From positions 56,608 through 120,607 of the forward strand of contig JBGAPX010000001.1 of the NCBI GenBank assembly GCA_044221045.1: a stretch of 64,000 bases of DNA, given 5' to 3'. Shown piece by piece: positions 10,735 to 20,531 of this stretch. The stretch's first letter is position 1; each line of letters opens with the position of its first letter. The stretch comes from Gemmatimonadales bacterium. Its GTDB lineage: Bacteria; Gemmatimonadota; Gemmatimonadetes; Gemmatimonadales; GWC2-71-9. The position numbers and the translations under genes are program-made. A model generated the notes under the pieces. The model saw only the letters and a program-made list of their open reading frames with translations, did no database searches and had not been told where the DNA came from.

Positions 10735-12300
10735 ATGATCCTCCTCCAGGTCCCGCAGACCACGGTTGGCGCCCCGAGCCTGGTGGCCAAGGGGTTCTTC
10801 TTCCTCTTCCTGGCCACCACCCTCGGCATCACCTGGTGGGCCGCCCGCCGCACCCGCACCACCGAGCACTTCTACACCGCCGGCCGCACCATCACCGCCC
10901 GGCAGAACGGCGTCGCCCTCGCGGGCGACTACATGAGCGCGGCCTCCTTCCTGGGGATCGCGGGGCTGGTGTCGCTCACCGGCTTCGACGGCCTCATCTA
11001 CTCCACCGGCTGGCTGGTGGGGTGGCCGGTGGTGCTGTTCCTCATCGCCGAGCCGCTGCGGAACCTGGGCAAGTACACCTTCGCCGACGCCGTGACCGTC
11101 CGCTTCCGCCAGAAGCCGGTCCGCCTGGCCGCCGCGGTGGGCACGCTGGCCACCGTGACGCTCTACCTCATTGCCCAGATGGTCGGGGCCGGCGGCCTCA
11201 TCCGGCTCCTGTTCGGGCTGTCGTACGAGACGGCGGTGGTGGTGGTGGGCGCGGCGATGATCGCCTACGTGCTCTTCGGCGGCATGCTGGCCACCACCTG
11301 GGTGCAGATCGTCAAGGCGGGGCTGCTGCTCTCGGGGGCGGCGCTGCTGGCCCTCCTGGTGCTGGCCCGCTTCGACTTCAACCCCGCCCGGCTCTTCGCG
11401 GAGGCGAGCGCGCGCCAGGGCGCCGCGGTGCTCTCGCCAGGCAAGCTGGTGGCCAACCCGCTCGACGCCATCTCGCTCGGGCTGGCGCTGATGTTCGGCA
11501 CCGCGGGGCTGCCGCACATCCTGATGCGCTTCTACACCGTGCCCGACGCCCGCGCCGCGCGCGCCTCGGTGTTCTACGCCACCGGGATCATCGGCAGCTT
11601 CTACCTGCTGACCTTCGTGCTCGGCTTCGGCGCCATGGTGCTGGTGGGGCCTGACGCCATCGCGGCGGTGGACGCCGGCGGCAACATGGCGGCGCCGCTG
11701 CTGGCCGAGCTGCTGGGCGGCACCGCCTTCCTCGGGTTCATCGGGGCGGTGGCCTTCGCCACCATCCTGGCGGTGGTGGCGGGCCTCACGCTCTCCGGTG
11801 CCGCCGCGCTCTCCCACGACCTCTGGGTGAACGTGGTGAAGGGCGGCCAGGCCGACGCGCACGAGCAGCTGCGGGTGGCGCGGATCGCCACCCTGCTGCT
11901 GGGCCTCGTGGCGGTGGCGCTCGGCATCACCTTCAAGGGCCAGAACGTGGCCTTCATGGTGGGGCTGGCCTTCGCCATCGCGGCCAGCGGCAACTTCCCG
12001 GCGCTCATCCTCTCCATCTTCTGGCGCGGCGCCACCACCCGCGGCATCGTCACCGGCATGCTCACCGGCACCGGCGCCACCCTGCTGCTCATCGCCCTCT
12101 CGCCCACGGTGCAGGTGGACCTGCTGCACCACGCGGCGGCCTGGTTCCCGCTCAAGAACCCCGCGCTGGTGACCATGCCGCTAGGCTTCCTGTCGGCCAT
12201 CGTGGTCTCGCGCCTCTTCCCGGAGCCGGCCGCGGCGGAGGCGCATGCCCGGGCCCAGCGCCGCGCCGCCCTCGGCCAGGCGGAGGAGCCCGCGGCGTGA
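10735..12300 (+). CDS. actP: cation/acetate symporter ActP (sodium:solute symporter family), copy 1
   Basis: 521 aa; [39 protein letters not shown]. Confidence 0.9.
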   Translation: MILLQVPQTTVGAPSLVAKGFFFLFLATTLGITWWAARRTRTTEHFYTAGRTITARQNGVALAGDYMSAASFLGIAGLVSLTGFDGLIYSTGWLVGWPVVLFLIAEPLRNLGKYTFADAVTVRFRQKPVRLAAAVGTLATVTLYLIAQMVGAGGLIRLLFGLSYETAVVVVGAAMIAYVLFGGMLATTWVQIVKAGLLLSGAALLALLVLARFDFNPARLFAEASARQGAAVLSPGKLVANPLDAISLGLALMFGTAGLPHILMRFYTVPDARAARASVFYATGIIGSFYLLTFVLGFGAMVLVGPDAIAAVDAGGNMAAPLLAELLGGTAFLGFIGAVAFATILAVVAGLTLSGAAALSHDLWVNVVKGGQADAHEQLRVARIATLLLGLVAVALGITFKGQNVAFMVGLAFAIAASGNFPALILSIFWRGATTRGIVTGMLTGTGATLLLIALSPTVQVDLLHHAAAWFPLKNPALVTMPLGFLSAIVVSRLFPEPAAAEAHARAQRRAALGQAEEPAA

Positions 12301-13805
12301 CCGCGCAGCTCCTCTTCTTCGCGTTCCTCGCCATCACCCTCGGCATCACCTGGTGGGCCGCCCGGAAGACCCGCACCGCCGACCACTTCTACGCCGCCGG
12401 CCGCAGCATCACCGCCCTGCAGAACGGCTTCGCGCTGGCCGGCGACTACATGAGCGCCTCCTCGTTCCTCGGCATCTCGGGGCTGGTGGCGCTCTCCGGC
12501 TTCGACGGGCTCATCTACGCCGCCGGCGGGCTGGTGGGCTGGCCCATCGTGCTGTTCCTCATCGCCGAGCCGCTGCGCAACCTGGGCAAGTACACCTTTG
12601 CCGATGTGCTGGCCGCGCGGCTCCGGCAGGTGCCGGTGCGGCTGGCGGCCGCGGTCGGCACCCTGGCCACGGTGAGCCTCTACCTGATCGCGCAGATGGT
12701 CGGGGCGGGGGGGCTCATCCGGCTCCTGTTCGGGCTGCCGTACGAGGCGGCGGTGGGCATCGTGGGGGTGGCGATGATCGCCTACGTGCTCTTCGGCGGG
12801 ATGCTCGCCACCACCTGGGTGCAGATCGTCAAGGCGGCGCTGCTGCTGGCGGGGGCGCTGCTGCTCACCGGGCTGGTATTGGCGCAGGTCGGAGCCTCGC
12901 CGCTCCGGCTCTTCGCCGCGGCCGCAGCGCTGCAGGGGCTCGCCGTGCTCGCGCCGGGCAAGCTGGTGGCCAACCCGGTGGACGCCATCTCGCTCGGGCT
13001 GGCGCTCATGTTCGGCACGGCGGGGCTGCCGCACATCCTGATGCGCTTCTACACCGTCCCCGACGCGCGCGCCGCGCGGCGCAGCGTGTTCTTTGCCACC
13101 GGGCTCATCGGGCTGTTCTTCCTGCTCACGTTCGTGATCGGGTTCGGGGCCATGTTGCTGGTGGGGCCGGAGGCCATCCGCGCCGCCGATCCCGGCGGCA
13201 ACATGGCGGCGCCGCTGCTGGCCGAGCGGCTGGGGGGCACCGGGCTGCTGGGGTTCGTGGGGGCGGTGGCGTTCGCCACCATCCTGGCGGTGGTGGCGGG
13301 GCTCACGCTCTCCGGCGCGGCGGCGCTTTCCCACGACCTCTGGGTGCACGTGGTGCGGCGCGGCGTGGCCGACCCGGCGGAGGAGCTCCGCGTGGCGCGG
13401 GTGGCCACCCTGGCGCTCGGGGTGCTGGCGGTGGTGCTCGGCATCACGTTCAAGGGCCAGAACGTGGCGTTCATGGTGGGGCTCGCGTTCGCCATCGCGG
13501 CCAGCGGCAACTTCCCGGCGCTGATGCTCACGCTCTTCTGGCGGGGAGCCACCACGCGCGGCGCGGTGGCGGCCATGCTCACCGGCACGGCGGCGACGCT
13601 GCTGCTCATCTACCTCTCGCCCACCATCCAGGTGGACCTGCTGCACCGCGCCGCGGCGCCCTTCCCGCTCAAGAACCCCGCGATCGTCTCGCTGCCGCTC
13701 GGCTTCCTGGCGGGGGTCGTCGTGTCACGGCTGTGGCCGGAGCCAGCGGCGGCGGCGGCGTTCGAGGGGATGGAGCGGAGGGCGGCGGTGGGGGGGGACC
13801 GGTAG
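12297..13805 (+). CDS. actP: cation/acetate symporter ActP, tandem paralog (copy 2)
   Basis: 502 aa; collinear with copy 1 over its whole length with many identical blocks; 4-nt overlap with copy 1 stop. Confidence 0.9.
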   Translation: MTAQLLFFAFLAITLGITWWAARKTRTADHFYAAGRSITALQNGFALAGDYMSASSFLGISGLVALSGFDGLIYAAGGLVGWPIVLFLIAEPLRNLGKYTFADVLAARLRQVPVRLAAAVGTLATVSLYLIAQMVGAGGLIRLLFGLPYEAAVGIVGVAMIAYVLFGGMLATTWVQIVKAALLLAGALLLTGLVLAQVGASPLRLFAAAAALQGLAVLAPGKLVANPVDAISLGLALMFGTAGLPHILMRFYTVPDARAARRSVFFATGLIGLFFLLTFVIGFGAMLLVGPEAIRAADPGGNMAAPLLAERLGGTGLLGFVGAVAFATILAVVAGLTLSGAAALSHDLWVHVVRRGVADPAEELRVARVATLALGVLAVVLGITFKGQNVAFMVGLAFAIAASGNFPALMLTLFWRGATTRGAVAAMLTGTAATLLLIYLSPTIQVDLLHRAAAPFPLKNPAIVSLPLGFLAGVVVSRLWPEPAAAAAFEGMERRAAVGGDR

Positions 13806-13849
13806 GGAGGCTGGGCCGGAAGTTCGCGGGAGCGTAGTTCACTGGAGAG

Positions 13850-13884
13850 TTGTCGCGCGACCAGTCGCATCCGTCGCGCGACAA
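13850..13884. promoter_or_regulatory. perfect 12-bp inverted repeat TTGTCGCGCGAC-N11-GTCGCGCGACAA
   Basis: Read directly; 45 nt after actP2 stop and 130 nt before the RHS start; no T-tract, so either terminator-like hairpin or operator. Confidence 0.4.
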
Positions 13885-13899
13885 GGCTGCGACAAGGCC
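13878..13899. promoter_or_regulatory. 11-bp direct repeat GCGACAAGGCT GCGACAAGGCC
   Basis: Read directly; first copy overlaps the right arm of the 12-bp inverted repeat. Confidence 0.3.
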
Positions 13900-13916
13900 T
13901 TCTCCGGGACGGCGAC

Positions 13917-13934
13917 CAGGGCCGCAAGGCCCTG
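13917..13934 (+). other. stable hairpin CAGGGCC-GCAA-GGCCCTG (GNRA tetraloop)
   Basis: 7-bp GC-rich stem with GCAA loop in the actP2/RHS intergenic region. Confidence 0.4.
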
Positions 13935-14016
13935 TGGTGGCGGCGGATAGGCCTTGGGCCGCGTGTGGCACGCCGCATGACATAGCAGGGAGGCATCCCG
14001 ACTCTGGAGCCTCCCC

Positions 14017-17000
14017 GTGTGTTTCCGCCTGCCCTGGCCGCCCCACCACCCCGTTCTTGCCGCCATCCTCACACTCCTTGCCGGCCTCCCCGTCGCGGTG
14101 CGGGGGCAGATCCAGGCCCCGCTCAGCGGGTGCGCCGGCCTCGACATCACCACGACCCCGACGGGCGTGGTCCGGGCACAGAACACGGGCCCGTACAACC
14201 AGACGTTCACGGTCACCAACTGCGGCAGCACCCCCATCACCGGCATCACCCTGACCTGCGAGCAACTCGCCCCGGTTGCTTGCAGCTCGGTAACGCCGAG
14301 CAGCCGCTCAACCCTGGCGGGCGGGGCGTCGTTCACGGTGACGCTCGCCTACTCTGTCGGCAGCCCCGGGATCGGGCAGGCGTACCTGCGCGCCAGCTGG
14401 GGCGAGGATGACTCCGCCATCGGCATTCTGGGGGTGACCGTGCACGGGCCGCCGATCATCCTCCTGGAGCCGGCCGGCGCTTTCCCAGCCAGCCGCGCAG
14501 TGATCCGCAATCGGATGCCGATTCTACGCGCGCTCATCTCCGCGCAGTACTCCGCGATTGACACCACCAAGACTGTCCTGGCCTGGCGCACCGATACCGT
14601 CACCAGGTGGCGGTCCGATTCCTTGACCGTCGCGCGATGGAATCGGGGGGTGGTCGAATGGGCTGTGGATTCGATCCGCGGGCTGAACGGCACCGGAGCC
14701 GATTCGGCACTCATCACGGTGACGGCCTGTGCCGTGAATACCCTCTGCACCACGGTGACGCGTTGGGCCGTCATCCCGAATGACAGTGTGCCACTGGTGG
14801 GCCTCACGGGAGTTCCCACCGGGAACCTCGCGAGTGCCTTTGCCGCCCCTGCCGGTCCCGGGGTGGGATTCTCCGGGGTGGAGGTGGAGACCGGCCTTGC
14901 CACGGTACCCTACTTCTCCATGAATGCCGCACGGAGCCTGAGCCTCGCCTATTCCACCCGGCAGTCCTATCCCCGGGTCACCGTGCCGGTGGATCTCGAG
15001 GTCCGCTGGCCGACCACCGGGGCACCCGACCAGGTGGTGCTCCGGCTCTTCGATGGCGGAACCAAGCTGGACAGCCTCAAGCTCACCAACCCAACCTGTG
15101 CCACCGGCGGCGCCAAGCGATGCCGCGGGGTCCTGCAGGGCGACTTCTCCGCGACGACCTTCCCGACCCCGACCAGGAAATGGCTCAAGGTCGAGGTCTC
15201 CGTCACCGAGGGGGGTGTCACCAAGACCGCGACCGACTCGGTCGAGGCCGCCCTGGTGGACCGCCGGACTACCATGTATGGCTCGGGGTGGTGGCCTTCA
15301 GTGGCATCCAAGCTCGTCGCGGCCGGGCCCGATCGGCTGCTGGTCGGGGCATCGGGAGCGGTGACGGTGTACCGCGGGATCGGGGACAGCCTCTACATCC
15401 CGCCTCCGGGGAGCTTCGTGCACCTGACGAAGACGGCGGCCGGGTGGGCGCTGCGGGCGCGAGGGGACAGCGCGGTGGTTCGCTTCGACAGCTACGGCCG
15501 GCTCGCGGCGGCGGTGGATCGCAACGGCAATCTGGACTCGCTGGTATACAAGGGCGCCACGGACACGCTCTGGAAGGTGCGCGATCCCGTCGGCTCCGAG
15601 ATCAGCCTGACCTACACCTCCGGCAAACTCTCCCAGATCACCACCTCCGGAGGCCGCACGGCCTCAGTGACCGTCAGCAGCGGCCTCCTCACCGCCTTCA
15701 CCCCCGCCTCCGGCAACGGCGGGGGGTACACTTCGACCTTTGCATACCAGTCGGCGGGCTCCGGCACCGGGACCGTCCTGCTGCAGAAGCGGATCGGGGT
15801 GATCGGCGACACGACCGCGCTGACCTACGACCCGGCGCTGAAGTCCCGGCCCACCCAGGTGGCACTCCCGAAGGTTCGGAACGAGTCCGGCACCGAGGTG
15901 GTGCCGACCATCACCTACACCGCCGTGGAAACGCGGGGCATCGGGACCCTGGTCGCACTCGACAGCAGTGGCGCCTACCTCGAAGTCAGGGATCCCAGGG
16001 GCCATTGGACCCGCTCCTGGCCCAACCGCTGGGGACAGGCCCGGCTCACCTGGGACAGCCTGGGGCGGATCGCGCGAATCGCGCACAACGCCGACGGGTT
16101 CGTACGCTGGAGCGAAGGGCAGGTCGCCGACTCGAGCCGGACCTATGTCAACTACGACGACCTCTGGCGCCTGACGCGCCGGTATCTCGTGCGCCCGGCA
16201 GGGGAGGGCGGGGTGCTCCGGCTGGACAGCCTGGTGTACGACGCCAATCACCGGGTCATCCAGCAAGTGGACGCCAGGGGGCAGGTCTGGAAGACGGACT
16301 TCGACACCAAGGGCAATCCCATCCGCTCGATCAGCCCCAATAGCCCGGGGCCTGACACCACCCGGACCTGGTACCGCGGCGATGGCCTGGTGGACTCGGT
16401 GCTGGCGCCGGGTGAGGTTGCTGCGACCGGATTCCGGTACAGCGCTGGGCCCAAGGTCCTGTACCACACCATCACGCCGAGCCGCGATACCGTGACGCGG
16501 AACATGTTCTGGGATGGCTATGGCAGGGTCTACCAGGTGGATCGAAAGGTCGGCGTCGCGCCTGGCCAGGTGCAGTGGCGCCGGGTCCAGACCTTCTACA
16601 GCTCCTCCTCGAACCTGGTGGATTCCACCCGGATCATCCGCACCGAGAGCTGCGACACTCCCTGTGCCACGCCAACCTGGCCCCTCAGTCCGGACACCGA
16701 TTCGATGCAGGTGCAGCGGGTGGGCTTCCGGTACGACAGGGCCGGCCGCGATTCCGCCCGCATCAACGACCGCGGGATCGCCATGGTCAGCATGCTGGAT
16801 CGCCTGGGCCGGGTGATCAGGTCCTACCCGTACGGCCCTGGCGTGGCCGAGGTGGATTCCTTCGCCTACGATGTCGCGGGGAACCTGAGGAAGACCTGGA
16901 CTCGGCGCGGCCACCTGATCACCGCGGACTACGACAGCCGCAACCGGGACACCTTGAGCGTGGTGCCCACGGTGGGCACCCTGAGAAAGGCGTACACCGG

Positions 17001-19074
17001 ACCCCTGGGTCAGCTGACGCGCATCTGGGTGACGGGGCTGGTGGATTCCGTGGGCAACGCTCGTCCCGATGTGAGCCTCATCTACGATCAGCGTGGGCGC
17101 CTCAAGGCGGATACGGTGTGGAGCGGTACCCAGGCACGGGTCACCACCTACGCCACCGATCGGTACGAACGGGACAGCCTGACCACCGACGCGCTGGGCG
17201 CCTGGCGCATCAAGTACGAGACCATCCGGGGCATCGCCGACACGCTGGCCACCCCGCTGGGAGATACCCTGATCCTGAGCTTCGACCGGCGCGGCCGCCT
17301 GGTGGCGGACTCCATCCGGAACGGAGGCCTGCGGCTCAGCAACGCGATGAGCTACACCACGGACGGGAGCCCCCGGCGGTGGTCCACGGCGATGCACCAG
17401 CCGAGCACCTGGCCGGCGGGTGCCGAGGATCAGGACGCGTTGCAGCAGAACACGCTCCCCGCATTGCAGCCCGTATGGAGCCAGAAGCGCGGGTCGGCGG
17501 GCGCCACGGATACCTTGCGGGCGGAGCTGGCCTACGACGGCTGGGAGCGGCTTGCCACCTGGGCGGGCCTCGGCACCCTCAGCGGCGGAGTGGACGAGAC
17601 CTACGCCTTCGACCGGGCGGGCAACCTCAGCGTGACGACCGAAGCCGGGGCCGGCGCCGAGCAGTTCGATGCCAGCACCAACCGCCTGCTGCGCCGCGCC
17701 AATGGGGCGAGCCGCGCCTGGAACTACAGCTACGACGCCGCGGGCAACCTCATCCAGGCCGTGGATTCGGGGACGGTGAGCATCACCTACACCTACGCCT
17801 ACGACGCCCTCAACCGCCTGGTGCGGGTGGCCCAGGGCCCCACGCTGATCGCGCGCTACGCCTACGATGTCCTCGGGCGGCGCATCGCCAAGCGGGTCTA
17901 TGCCGCCGCCACCGGCGGCACGGTGGGCTTCACCCGGTTCGTGTATCACGGCCGCCAGGTGGCCTTCGAGACCGACTCGGCCGGCAGCACCATCGGCACC
18001 AGGTATGTCTGGGGGCCGGGGACCGACAAGCTCTTCGCCTTCCGCACCTCGGCCTCGGTCACGGACCACTATTATGTGGCGACCGACAAGCTCGGGAGCG
18101 TCCACCAGATCATGAAGCGGGACGGGACCTGGGTCATGAGTTACGCCTACGCGCCCTACGGCCGGCTGACAACCACCTTGGGCTCGGGTGTCACCCTCCG
18201 CTACCGGTGGACCGGCCGGGAATACGACGCCGAGACCGGCTGGTACTTCCACCGGGCGCGGTACTACGACCCCGGGCAGCACCGCTTCGTGCAGGAAGAC
18301 CCCGCGGGGCTGGCGGGGGGCGAGAATCGGTATGCGTATGTGGGGGGGCGGGTGCTGGCCCTGCGTGATCCGTCCGGCCGCTGGGGTGAAGCAGGGCCGC
18401 CGCGACCATTCCCAAACCCTTGTGGCAACGGCGGGTGCTACCAAACCGGCATCTACATCGATGGTATGTTTGCCGAGGGTTGGGGCCTCGGGATGATCAC
18501 GACGGGAAGCATCCACGGGCTCTGGATCACCGGGAACGACGCCAGCAACTACGCGCTGATGCGGTCACGGTATGACGTCTACGTTGCCGCATTCAAGCAG
18601 CAACAGGCTACTGGTCAGGCATCCTCCAACCTCGATGTCCAAGCGTTTTGGTCGAACATCGATGCAATGTCTTTCGACGCATTTGCAGCGACCATGACAG
18701 AATGGGCCCGAGGTACTCTTCTGGGCGGGATCCTTGCACCCGCGATAAACAAGGTGTTCTCTCAGGGGCGGATCGGTGTTAGCGATGTGATTGTCGCGGT
18801 GGCCTCACAGATGATTGGGAAGCGGCTTATTGCGACACAGGGCACCGCGCAGGTTGGGCGGACAATCGTCCTGACTTCCGAGGCCGCGAGGGTTGATGCG
18901 GCGTGGGTTGTGGGCCACGAAGTCCTTCACCAACTGCTCGGACTCTACTACGACCCGAATACCGGGGATCTTTCAGGCGAGAACCTAATCAACAATCTCC
19001 TCCGGCAGATGCTCGGCCGGAACCCACACAGCAACTGGTACGATTCGGCCACATGCAGCGCATGCACACCTTAG
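14017..19074 (+). CDS. RHS/YD-repeat polymorphic toxin, 1685 aa, N-terminal signal sequence
   Basis: GTG start; hydrophobic N-terminus PVLAAILTLLAGLPVAVRGQ; many YD units (YDSYGRL, YDANHRV, YDRAGRD, YDVAGNL, YDQRGRL, YDAAGNL, YDALNRL, YDVLGRR); RHS core end RYYDPGQHRFVQEDPAGLAGGENRYAYVGGRVLALRDPSGR. Confidence 0.9.
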   Translation: MCFRLPWPPHHPVLAAILTLLAGLPVAVRGQIQAPLSGCAGLDITTTPTGVVRAQNTGPYNQTFTVTNCGSTPITGITLTCEQLAPVACSSVTPSSRSTLAGGASFTVTLAYSVGSPGIGQAYLRASWGEDDSAIGILGVTVHGPPIILLEPAGAFPASRAVIRNRMPILRALISAQYSAIDTTKTVLAWRTDTVTRWRSDSLTVARWNRGVVEWAVDSIRGLNGTGADSALITVTACAVNTLCTTVTRWAVIPNDSVPLVGLTGVPTGNLASAFAAPAGPGVGFSGVEVETGLATVPYFSMNAARSLSLAYSTRQSYPRVTVPVDLEVRWPTTGAPDQVVLRLFDGGTKLDSLKLTNPTCATGGAKRCRGVLQGDFSATTFPTPTRKWLKVEVSVTEGGVTKTATDSVEAALVDRRTTMYGSGWWPSVASKLVAAGPDRLLVGASGAVTVYRGIGDSLYIPPPGSFVHLTKTAAGWALRARGDSAVVRFDSYGRLAAAVDRNGNLDSLVYKGATDTLWKVRDPVGSEISLTYTSGKLSQITTSGGRTASVTVSSGLLTAFTPASGNGGGYTSTFAYQSAGSGTGTVLLQKRIGVIGDTTALTYDPALKSRPTQVALPKVRNESGTEVVPTITYTAVETRGIGTLVALDSSGAYLEVRDPRGHWTRSWPNRWGQARLTWDSLGRIARIAHNADGFVRWSEGQVADSSRTYVNYDDLWRLTRRYLVRPAGEGGVLRLDSLVYDANHRVIQQVDARGQVWKTDFDTKGNPIRSISPNSPGPDTTRTWYRGDGLVDSVLAPGEVAATGFRYSAGPKVLYHTITPSRDTVTRNMFWDGYGRVYQVDRKVGVAPGQVQWRRVQTFYSSSSNLVDSTRIIRTESCDTPCATPTWPLSPDTDSMQVQRVGFRYDRAGRDSARINDRGIAMVSMLDRLGRVIRSYPYGPGVAEVDSFAYDVAGNLRKTWTRRGHLITADYDSRNRDTLSVVPTVGTLRKAYTGPLGQLTRIWVTGLVDSVGNARPDVSLIYDQRGRLKADTVWSGTQARVTTYATDRYERDSLTTDALGAWRIKYETIRGIADTLATPLGDTLILSFDRRGRLVADSIRNGGLRLSNAMSYTTDGSPRRWSTAMHQPSTWPAGAEDQDALQQNTLPALQPVWSQKRGSAGATDTLRAELAYDGWERLATWAGLGTLSGGVDETYAFDRAGNLSVTTEAGAGAEQFDASTNRLLRRANGASRAWNYSYDAAGNLIQAVDSGTVSITYTYAYDALNRLVRVAQGPTLIARYAYDVLGRRIAKRVYAAATGGTVGFTRFVYHGRQVAFETDSAGSTIGTRYVWGPGTDKLFAFRTSASVTDHYYVATDKLGSVHQIMKRDGTWVMSYAYAPYGRLTTTLGSGVTLRYRWTGREYDAETGWYFHRARYYDPGQHRFVQEDPAGLAGGENRYAYVGGRVLALRDPSGRWGEAGPPRPFPNPCGNGGCYQTGIYIDGMFAEGWGLGMITTGSIHGLWITGNDASNYALMRSRYDVYVAAFKQQQATGQASSNLDVQAFWSNIDAMSFDAFAATMTEWARGTLLGGILAPAINKVFSQGRIGVSDVIVAVASQMIGKRLIATQGTAQVGRTIVLTSEAARVDAAWVVGHEVLHQLLGLYYDPNTGDLSGENLINNLLRQMLGRNPHSNWYDSATCSACTP
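18382..19071 (+). other. variable C-terminal toxin domain of the RHS protein (230 aa) with HExxH motif
   Basis: Starts after RDPSGR; HEVLH at 18916-18930; GC falls to ~52-55% (counted on lines 18601 and 18661) versus ~68-70% in the repeat shell. Confidence 0.7.
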
Positions 19075-19754
19075 TCGTCATCGTCACGCTGCTAGCGCAC
19101 GCATCCAGCGCAGCAGCTCAATTGAGTTCCACCGCAGTCCCGCGTATTTGTTTCGATCGGGACAGGGTGAGAATCCAGTCTCCGCCCAATGGGTATCCGG
19201 GTGGGGGGCCGAGTATTCCGAGGGCGATCGCCGAGGGTCTTCGGACGGGCACAGCCGGTCGCCTGACCCTTACCGGTGGCATGGAGAGTCCGGGCCTTGA
19301 CTCCCTGTGGGCCGCGGACTCGGCAATGGTGGAGGCGGCACTTGCGACAATTGTCGTGGATCCATTCTGGTATTCCGATCAGGATGCGAGGCTGGCTGGA
19401 GCCCTCTACCTCCACTATTCGGGAAGGCCGGGACCAGTCCTTTCAGCTGCACGTCGGACCATTGGTGAGCCGCGGTGGGTCGATGCGCTCAGTTCAATAA
19501 GCACTCCGCTCGACAAGGACCAGGAAAGGCAGGTGCTGCAAGTCGCTTGTGATGCTGCATGGAGGGTATCAGCCTCACTTGCCGACAGCGCCTATTGGGG
19601 TTCACGATTGGACTCAGGACTTCGACCGAATATCGATCTCCTTTTCCTCGCCCACAGCTTACTCAGTGGTGAACCGGCATCCATGATCGCATCCTTCCTG
19701 CTTCGTGCGGCACCGTTCGAGGCTCCGATCCGATTGAGAGGGGATTCAAGGTAG
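19053..19754 (+). CDS. candidate cognate immunity protein, secreted (233 aa)
   Basis: ATG at 19053 lies 22 nt inside the RHS 3' end; signal peptide MQRMHTLVVIVTLLAHASSAAAQ; same reduced GC as the toxin tip; upstream part of ORF 18903..19754 is out-of-frame RHS sequence. Confidence 0.6.
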   Translation: MQRMHTLVVIVTLLAHASSAAAQLSSTAVPRICFDRDRVRIQSPPNGYPGGGPSIPRAIAEGLRTGTAGRLTLTGGMESPGLDSLWAADSAMVEAALATIVVDPFWYSDQDARLAGALYLHYSGRPGPVLSAARRTIGEPRWVDALSSISTPLDKDQERQVLQVACDAAWRVSASLADSAYWGSRLDSGLRPNIDLLFLAHSLLSGEPASMIASFLLRAAPFEAPIRLRGDSR

Positions 19755-19988
19755 TCGCCAATTGTCCGGTACCCATCGGGACTCCGTGCGGATCAATACG
19801 CGGCTCGCGGCGGCGCCACCGCCAGACGACGCTTAAGAGGAGTCCTTGGCGGGATCCGGCCCTTTGTCCGGAAACCCCGATGAACCCGCTACTAGTTTCG
19901 TCTGTCGTACGGCTTCAGCAGAGTACGTCCGCACATCTACCAGCGAGGAACCACTCCGTCCGGGCAATCACTTGGGAGGTGGGCCAGA

Positions 19989-20531
19989 ATGAGACCCGGA
20001 AAGTTCTGGATCGCGGCAGCCGTCGCATCCGCCACCGCGGGAACGCCGTTGGGCAGCGCCGTCTCACCGGTGCCGGGTCTGTGCGATACAAGCGCGGTGG
20101 CGGCGCCCACGGACCCGCGGAGCGTCGCTCTGTGCTGGCTCGTTCGGAAGTACGCGTCGGAGCGGAGCCACCCCGGGCAAGTGCTGCGGCGGGTAGTGTC
20201 AACAGATCTGCTCGGCACCTTCGGGCAGCCCGAGCGCTCACACGATCCGGGATGGCTGGAATCCCTCAGGCCCCTCGGGCTGGCCGAAACCTGTTCTTGG
20301 CGCGGTGCGTCCGAGTGCCCGACTCGCGAAGTCCGCATTCTGCGCGTAGGTGAACACACCACGGACCCAACCGACACCACGAACAGTCGGGTCGAGGTAC
20401 TCGCGGGAGTTACACTCACGACCGAGGATTGGCCGCTGGGCGGCGGCTTCTACCAGACATTTCGCCTGTCGCTGGTACGCTCCGGCCCTGGGTGGCTGCT
20501 CGTTGACAGTCTGCCGGGGGAAGCCAGCTAG
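19989..20531 (+). CDS. secreted hypothetical protein (180 aa) in the low-GC tail of the RHS locus
   Basis: GGGAGGTGG Shine-Dalgarno-like 8 nt before ATG; N-terminal signal-like MRPGKFWIAAAVASATAG; plausible globular composition. Confidence 0.5.
   Translation: MRPGKFWIAAAVASATAGTPLGSAVSPVPGLCDTSAVAAPTDPRSVALCWLVRKYASERSHPGQVLRRVVSTDLLGTFGQPERSHDPGWLESLRPLGLAETCSWRGASECPTREVRILRVGEHTTDPTDTTNSRVEVLAGVTLTTEDWPLGGGFYQTFRLSLVRSGPGWLLVDSLPGEAS

Noticed and set aside
15664-18516. 950-aa ORF antisense to the RHS gene
   Set aside because: This is a typical high-GC shadow ORF. It is Arg/Gly/Pro/His-rich, has no recognisable motifs, and lies fully inside a strongly supported sense gene.
19880-20353. 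157-aa ORF overlapping the 19989..20531 ORF
   Set aside because: It is Arg/Ser-rich out-of-frame sequence without an RBS. The overlapping 180-aa frame has a good RBS, a signal peptide and protein-like composition.
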